Of a stretch of 64,000 nucleotides of DNA, positions 60,369-64,000 are shown in pieces. The position numbers and the translations under genes are program-made. Under the pieces are notes generated by a model that did not search any database, was not told where the DNA came from, and saw nothing but the letters and a program-made list of their open reading frames with translations. Position 1 is the stretch's first letter. Each line of letters starts with the position of its first letter. Source of the DNA: Candidatus Bathyarchaeum tardum (GTDB taxonomy: Archaea; Thermoproteota; Bathyarchaeia; Bathyarchaeales; Bathyarchaeaceae); assembly GCA_024650005.2 (NCBI GenBank), contig CP122380.1, forward strand, positions 320,001 to 384,000. The letters run 5' to 3'.

Positions 60369-60590
60369 GTGCCTCAAGTACAGCTTAGGTTAAGCCAAAA
60401 AACCATCGAAGAACTGGATAAATGGGTAGCAGAGGGGCGCTTTAAGAGCCGAAGCGACGCGATCCGAAGCATTATCTGTTATTTTCAAGAAAGAGAAAAA
60501 AGCAGAGAATTCTACAAACTGCTAGCCAACAGAAGCAAAGAAGCAAAAGAACAACCTGAACCCCTGATTCCTCTTGAGGAATTTGAGTGA
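60369..60590 (+). CDS. RHH (CopG-like) antitoxin
   Basis: QVQLRLS...LDKWVAEGRFKSRSDAIR; GTGA overlap with the toxin gene. Confidence 0.85.
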   Translation: MPQVQLRLSQKTIEELDKWVAEGRFKSRSDAIRSIICYFQEREKSREFYKLLANRSKEAKEQPEPLIPLEEFE

Positions 60591-60850
60591 CCTATAAAGT
60601 CCTACTTCATCCTAACGCCGCTAAAACATTATCTAAAACACAAGAAAAAACTAGAATAATAAACAAACTAAAACAACTAAAAACAAACCCCCAAAAAACT
60701 GGAAAACCTGTAAAACTATCAGAATATTATAGACTTCGAATTGGAGACTACAGTGCCATATACGAAATTGATCAAATAAAAAAACAAGTAATTTTACTCT
60801 ATATTGGGCACAGCAAAAACGTCTACGACGACTTTAGTAAACTCTTGTAA
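60587..60850 (+). CDS. relE: RelE/ParE family toxin (possibly inactivated)
   Basis: YKVLLHPNA...YRLRIGDYSAIYEID...IGHSKNVY. Confidence 0.85.
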   Translation: MTYKVLLHPNAAKTLSKTQEKTRIINKLKQLKTNPQKTGKPVKLSEYYRLRIGDYSAIYEIDQIKKQVILLYIGHSKNVYDDFSKLL

Positions 60851-61293
60851 AATCAAGAGACACTTTTTTATTTTTCAACTAGTTGAAGGCTTAATTCTAT
60901 GGATTCTTTAGAGCCTAATTTTTTTTAATAAATATACACGTAAATTCACATTTTTGGTCAAGTCAGTTAATGTCTTCTCAATATTGTTAACTCGATGTTC
61001 ACGCCATTACAATTTTGGGCCTTAGCAATCTTGCCCTAGCTAAATCTTTACCAATATGCTCCTTATGGGGAACCCTCTCGGAGGACTTTTATCTGTAGAA
61101 CTTACATCTTCGACAATAGTAGTTCTAAGCGTAACAAGTTCTTCTGCTTCTTCACTGTAAAATCTTGTAATTGGTGATGTAGCCTTCACAAGAAATCTTT
61201 TTTTACCCCTAATTTAGGGCTCCAAAAATTCCATTAAATAAAAAAAGAAACGAAGATGAAAAAGTACAGAATGTTACGTATCCGTTTCTAAAG

Positions 61294-61387
61294 TGGCGGA
61301 TCCGCGGGGATTCGAACCCCGGATCATTGGATTTCTTCTTCCGTAGATTAGAAGTCCAATGCCTTATCCTGACTAGGCCACGGACCC
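61294..61387 (-). tRNA. tRNA-Arg(TCT) with a canonical 16-nt intron (61333-61348)
   Basis: Acceptor GGGTCCG/CGGATCC, arm TTGGA-CTTCTAA-TCCAA after splicing, BHB helix CUUC/GAAG. Confidence 0.92.
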
Positions 61388-61458
61388 AAGTGAACCTTCA
61401 TAGTGTAATAATTTCCTAGATATAATCTTTCATTTGTTTGGTCAAACTAAGTCTGCAG

Positions 61459-64000
61459 TTATTCAATGTAAATTGCAGGACGATACGGTTTAGCAAACCT
61501 AGCCTTTTGTTGAGGATCTTTAATGTTGGAGTCATCTTCGGTGTAAACGTTAAGTGTAACGTTGAATTCTTTTTCAAAAAATGTTTTGGCTGTTTTCAAC
61601 AATTTTGTTTCGTCTAAAACATCAGCTTGCAGTTGTTTTTGTTTGATGTCTTCGGGCATTCTGTTAATTTCTTGGGAAATTCCTTGAACAAACTTTGCAA
61701 GTTTCCCTGCAACTGGCTTTAGTTCCGGATCCGCCATTAGTTCTTTCATTAATGCTCCGATGACGATGTTGCCTGAACTTGACTTTTTGACGGCACTAAT
61801 GTAGGTTTTCCATTTCCAAGATGCAGCGCAATAGAAGTAAATCTGTTTGGGAACCATCTTTGTTGCTTTAAGAATGTTTGCGGTATCTTCTAGAACGTTT
61901 TTGACCAAATTTTCTGATTCTTCAGCTTGGATGTCTACTTTGTTTTCATCATATTCTGGCCAATTCGTTACTGAAACAAAATCTTCGTATCCCATCTGGC
62001 TGTAAAGCTCTTCACACAGGTAAGGAGCAAAAGGAGCCAACAATCTTGTCCAAGTTTCTAGACCTTGTTTTAAGATCAGTGACTCAAGGTTTTCTGTTCT
62101 TCGGACGTACCATCTGAAGTCGTTCCATACTTCAAACAAGGTATGTTCAAGGGCTGTTCGAGTTTTAAGGGCTTCCATGTTTTCTGTAATTATCTTAATT
62201 TTTTGTTGAAGAACGCTCAGAAGCCATTTTTCCATGTGACCTGTTTGTGAACTTTTTGAGTTTTCGATAATGTTTTCTGCTAAGGTTTGGAAGCCACGAA
62301 GTTTAGTCTTGAAGTCTTTAACTGTGTCTGCTCTCCAGTCGGGGTCGTTCATTCCTTCTCCACCAAGAAGCAAGGCACAACGTGTAGCATCTGCTCCGAA
62401 CTTGTTCAGGGCGTCTTTTAGGGTGATGAAGTTGCCTTTGGATTTAGACATTTTTTTGCTTTCTATGCTGAGCATGCCATTTACGCCCACTGCTTGGGGC
62501 AAATGTTCAGGGAACAATGCAGTATGCTGGAACAAGAAGAAAGTCAAATGGTTGGGAAGCAATTCTTTGGCTGAGATTCGTAAATCCAACGGATACCAGT
62601 AAAGGAATTCGTTACGCATTTCCTCAAGTATTTCGGTTGAAATTTTTGTTTGTTCAGAAATTGTTGCTGGATTGCCTTTTCCATAGAAAAGGTAGTCAAA
62701 CACTTCAAGGGTCAGCTGGTCCCCTTGAATGTTGTATTTTTTTAAATGCTTGTTTATGGTGTAAAATGCCATGTAAACCGTGGAGTCAGTTAATGTTTCA
62801 ACTATCCATCCGGGGCTCCATGGAAGAGCAGTTCCCAGACCGCTTTTTCGTGCGCATGGCCATTCTTTGAGCCAGTCAATTATGTTAAGGAACCATTGAC
62901 GTGCCGAATCCGGATAAATTGAGGCTTGACTCAAGGTGTCTTTGGTTTGTTGTTTCCATTCGGGGTCAGAATATTTCACAAACCATTGTCCCTCCAAAAG
63001 CTTAACAACACACGGAGTCATGCATCGGCAAACTACAGGGTCGGGCAGGTCATACATGGAATCTGCGATGCCTTTTTCTTTAAAGTCAACAATTAAGATG
63101 TCTTTTATTTTGTTGACCGGTTTTCCTGCGTATTCTTCACAGATTGGTTTGAGGGTTCCGCCATGGAACTCTTTTTTGTACAAGGTTTTTGTTGCTTCTT
63201 CGGCTTTGGGGTCATGTTGGTCTTTGATTTCCATTTTTTCTACAAGTTCAACTGCAGGGTATTCTCCAAAGCCTTCTACATTGATTAAGGAAATTGGTTG
63301 AATGTTTTTAACAGTTTGAGGTTCAATTCCAAATTCTTTTAGTAACTCTGGTTTATTTTGCAGGTCCCGCAAAGCCAAATAATCAAAAGGTGCATGAGCC
63401 GGAACGCTGTAGACTACTCCTGTTGCGTTGTCTGGGCTTACAAACCATCCTGGAAGAATCAACATTTTTCGGCTGCTTAAGGGGCTTGTGAATAATTTGC
63501 CGATGATTTGTTTGCCTTTGAAAGTTTCTATGATTGTTACTTTTTTGAGTTGCTGAGTTAATTTGTTGGCGGCTACTTGGCTGATGATCCATGTTTCTCC
63601 ATTTACTTGGGCTTTGACGTAATCTGCGTCGGGGTTTATCCAAATGTTTGTTATTCCGTAGATTGTTTCAGGACGGAATGTTGCCGAGGGTAAGATTGTT
63701 CCATCTTCCATTTTGTATTTGATTAAGGTGTATTCTTCGGCTACGACGCCTTCTCCGGTTTGTCGGTCGTGGTCTCCGGTTGGGCTTTGGTCATGGGGGC
63801 ACCATACAACGGGGTAAGTTCCTTTGATGATGTAGCCTTTATCTCGCAGGCGTTCACATTGCCATTCAACAAATTTGCTAAAAGTAGGATACAATGAAGT
63901 TGTGTGGAATTCTCGTCGCCAGTCCACAGAGTAGCCGATGCGTTTGACGGATTCTCGGCTGTCGTCCGTGTAATATTTTGCCATAAACACGGGATCAACA
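61459..64000 (-). CDS. leuS: Leucine--tRNA ligase, archaeal type (5' end beyond the window)
   Basis: DWRREF, ATFRPET, SVPAHAPFD editing domain, KMSKSKGN, KPYRPAIYIE. Confidence 0.96.
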   Translation of the reverse strand, partial: VDPVFMAKYYTDDSRESVKRIGYSVDWRREFHTTSLYPTFSKFVEWQCERLRDKGYIIKGTYPVVWCPHDQSPTGDHDRQTGEGVVAEEYTLIKYKMEDGTILPSATFRPETIYGITNIWINPDADYVKAQVNGETWIISQVAANKLTQQLKKVTIIETFKGKQIIGKLFTSPLSSRKMLILPGWFVSPDNATGVVYSVPAHAPFDYLALRDLQNKPELLKEFGIEPQTVKNIQPISLINVEGFGEYPAVELVEKMEIKDQHDPKAEEATKTLYKKEFHGGTLKPICEEYAGKPVNKIKDILIVDFKEKGIADSMYDLPDPVVCRCMTPCVVKLLEGQWFVKYSDPEWKQQTKDTLSQASIYPDSARQWFLNIIDWLKEWPCARKSGLGTALPWSPGWIVETLTDSTVYMAFYTINKHLKKYNIQGDQLTLEVFDYLFYGKGNPATISEQTKISTEILEEMRNEFLYWYPLDLRISAKELLPNHLTFFLFQHTALFPEHLPQAVGVNGMLSIESKKMSKSKGNFITLKDALNKFGADATRCALLLGGEGMNDPDWRADTVKDFKTKLRGFQTLAENIIENSKSSQTGHMEKWLLSVLQQKIKIITENMEALKTRTALEHTLFEVWNDFRWYVRRTENLESLILKQGLETWTRLLAPFAPYLCEELYSQMGYEDFVSVTNWPEYDENKVDIQAEESENLVKNVLEDTANILKATKMVPKQIYFYCAASWKWKTYISAVKKSSSGNIVIGALMKELMADPELKPVAGKLAKFVQGISQEINRMPEDIKQKQLQADVLDETKLLKTAKTFFEKEFNVTLNVYTEDDSNIKDPQQKARFAKPYRPAIYIE

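Noticed and set aside
4234-63998. Numerous short antisense or nested ORFs in the supplied track
   Set aside because: They lie within well-supported genes and show no SD or motifs; they are shadow ORFs.

Overview
Archaeal chromosome segment. It is most likely Bathyarchaeia or another TACK lineage; this is inferred from the single-OB SSB, a structural-type EndA subunit, multi-intron tRNAs and abundant IPEFPSW-type sorting tails. Core genes (ssb, pyrG, corA, hisS, endA, leuC-leuD-leuB-leuA, mtnA, leuS) alternate with three accessory regions. (1) A 12.7-kb decayed element integrated in tRNA-Gln (23-bp att repeat, truncated tyrosine integrase) carries nine PEF-CTERM-type surface proteins (Kelch, NosD-like beta-helix, other propeller or beta-sandwich). 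Their sorting-tail/RBS/signal-peptide junctions are conserved at DNA level, and a duplicated double-palindrome promoter serves them. (2) A 2.8-kb islet at tRNA-Leu holds an AbiE type IV TA pair and an orphan PEF-like tail. (3) A ~13-kb region rich in pseudogenes and microproteins lies next to tRNA-Arg(TCT), with a repeated GTAAGACA-N-TGTCTTAC operator. Other highlights: a three-intron tRNA-Arg(CCT) with a 9/10 intron and a possible decoy leader, a candidate structured sRNA with an anti-RBS loop, membrane-tethered LexA-like wHTH regulators with GAAC-N6-GTTC boxes, and a NikR-like box on a dockerin-bearing ABC transporter. All calls were made by eye from motifs; no searches or folding programs were run.
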